From: Halomonadaceae bacterium T82-2
GTDB lineage: Bacteria; Pseudomonadota; Gammaproteobacteria; Pseudomonadales; Halomonadaceae
NCBI GenBank assembly: GCA_001577635.1
Contig: LSBP01000003.1
Coordinates: 41,267 to 105,266, forward strand
DNA: 64,000 bases
Reading direction: 5' to 3'
Shown piece after piece: positions 62,824-64,000 of this stretch; the stretch's first letter is position 1, and each line of letters opens with the position of its first letter. A program made the translations under genes and the position numbers. The notes under the pieces were generated by a model. It did not search any database and was not told the DNA's origin. It worked only from the letters and a program-made list of their open reading frames with translations.

Positions 62824-63627
62824 ATGAAACGCACCCTGCAGGGACTAGGCGGTGTCGGTATCCTGCTGCTTCCGCTGATGGCATCGGCCGCGCCGGTCGT
62901 CGAGGACCTTTCGGCCGGGAAGGGCAACTTCTATCAGCAGACCCAGGCCCGCGAGGAGCCCGGCGGCAATCTGGTACTGTTCAACCAGCTCAAGGAAAAT
63001 CAGCGCACGATCCGGGAGCTGCGTGGTCAGCTCGAGGAACTGCGCTATCAGCTCGAACAGCAGAAGAGCCTGTCGCAGGAGCGCTATCTGGATCTCGAGA
63101 AGCGTCTCGATGCCCTGGGTGGCAGCGGCAACGCCGGTGGAACATCCGGCGAGGGCGGCGCCCAATCCCCCGATGCCGGGAATGGCGCAAACGGCGCATC
63201 GGCGCAGCCGGAAAATACGGCTTCCGGTGGTGCCGCGAGCAAATCCAGCCCGGCGGGTCGGCAGGCCTATCAGGCGGCCTTTGCCAAGGTTCAGGCGCGG
63301 GATTTCAAGGCGGCCATTCAGGCCTTCGAGGCATTTGTCGCCGATTATCCGGATTCCCCGCTGCGCCCCAACGGCTACTACTGGCTGGGTGAACTCTACT
63401 CGGCGCGCTCCGAGCTTGATCCGGCGGCCAAGGCGTTCAATACGGTGATCGAGTCCTACCCGCAGAGCAGCAAGGTGCCGGATGCGCTCTACAAGCTGGG
63501 CTTGCTCAAGGCACGCCAAGGGCAACCGGATGCCGGCAAGGAGCTGCTGACCCGGGTGATTCAGGATTACCCCGACAGCAACGCGGCCGGCATGGCTCAG
63601 GATTTCCTCAACCAGTCCGGGTTGTAG
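62824..63627 (+). CDS. cpoB: Cell-division coordinator CpoB (YbgF)
   Basis: 267 aa. Signal peptide, coiled coil (LRGQLEELRYQLEQ) and C-terminal TPR repeats. Last gene of the tol-pal cluster. Confidence 0.85.
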   Translation: MKRTLQGLGGVGILLLPLMASAAPVVEDLSAGKGNFYQQTQAREEPGGNLVLFNQLKENQRTIRELRGQLEELRYQLEQQKSLSQERYLDLEKRLDALGGSGNAGGTSGEGGAQSPDAGNGANGASAQPENTASGGAASKSSPAGRQAYQAAFAKVQARDFKAAIQAFEAFVADYPDSPLRPNGYYWLGELYSARSELDPAAKAFNTVIESYPQSSKVPDALYKLGLLKARQGQPDAGKELLTRVIQDYPDSNAAGMAQDFLNQSGL

Positions 63628-63658
63628 TGATCATTCATCGAGCGGAGGGCAAGGCGTC

Positions 63659-64000
63659 ATGTCCTGCAAGATCGACTATCAGGCTCCCGACGGGCTGCTG
63701 GCGGGTCGGGTGATCCTGGTTACCGGGGCCGGCGACGGCATCGGTCGGGCCGCCGCCCTGAGCTATGCGGCCCATGGGGCGACCGTGGTGCTGCTCGGGC
63801 GTACTCTGGGCAAGCTCGAGACCGTCTATGACGAGATCGAGGCGCTGGGCGGTCCGCAGCCGGCGATCTTCCCCCTCAACTTCGAGGGTGCGACTCACAA
63901 GGATTACCAGGAGCTCGCCGACCGGATCGGCAGCGAATTCGGCCGGCTGGACGGCGTGTTGCACAATGCCGGCCTGCTTGGCGGGCTGAGACGCTTCGTC
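63659..64000 (+). CDS. SDR-family oxidoreductase (YciK-like), 5' partial at the window edge
   Basis: My own translation from ATG 63659: MSCKIDYQAPDGLLAGRVILVTGAGDGIGRAAALSYAAHGATVVLLGR...LHNAGLLG. Has the TGxxxGIG Rossmann motif and a GGAGGG SD. The ORF runs off the window, so it is absent from the ORF table. Confidence 0.75.
   Translation, partial: MSCKIDYQAPDGLLAGRVILVTGAGDGIGRAAALSYAAHGATVVLLGRTLGKLETVYDEIEALGGPQPAIFPLNFEGATHKDYQELADRIGSEFGRLDGVLHNAGLLGGLRRFV

Overview
GC-rich gammaproteobacterial chromosome segment (roughly two-thirds G+C by eye, not computed). Protein sequences and gene order look Halomonadaceae-like, which is an inference. About 60 tightly packed, mostly conserved housekeeping and central-metabolism genes are present. 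In order: rplT-pheS-pheT-ihfA; SCP2 protein / sohB; a HlyU-like ArsR regulator divergent from prpE; mioC-like flavodoxin; ppnN; a LysR regulator. The glycine-cleavage locus is split into divergent gcvH-gcvP and AGCS transporter-gcvT units. Next come a minus-strand string (acetoacetyl-CoA synthetase, PlsC-type acyltransferase, NlpD-like LysM/LytM lipoprotein, alkB); nhaD-like antiporter; an MFS transporter with an acidic tail; pta-ackA-DUF1338; grxA; regB-regA-IMPase; prfC; tatD; ygfZ; HMA-like/OsmC/uvrB. Then a PoxB-like ThDP enzyme paired with a stand-alone GltS-FMN-domain protein; class I fumarase; cls; a LysR regulator; nadM-Nudix; yihY; acylphosphatase; nucleoside hydrolase-ribokinase; 2-hydroxyacid dehydrogenase; FmdB zinc ribbon-aspS; yebC-ruvCAB; ybgC-tolQRAB-pal-cpoB; and a partial YciK-like SDR. 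I saw no rRNA or tRNA genes, CRISPR arrays, transposases, integrases, phage genes or recognisable defence genes, so this reads as core genome rather than an island. I do not see a clear-cut novel multi-gene system. The items most worth a second look are: (i) the GltS-FMN-like plus PoxB-like operon; (ii) the short-Pta/AckA/DUF1338 cluster; (iii) a perfect 29-bp palindrome plus a strong terminator sitting 23 nt before the MFS gene; (iv) the 566-bp structured control region between the two halves of the gcv system; (v) a 15-nt AT-rich word repeated exactly in two intergenic promoter-like contexts. All start codons were chosen by eye from SD spacing and homologue N-termini. Nothing was searched against databases.
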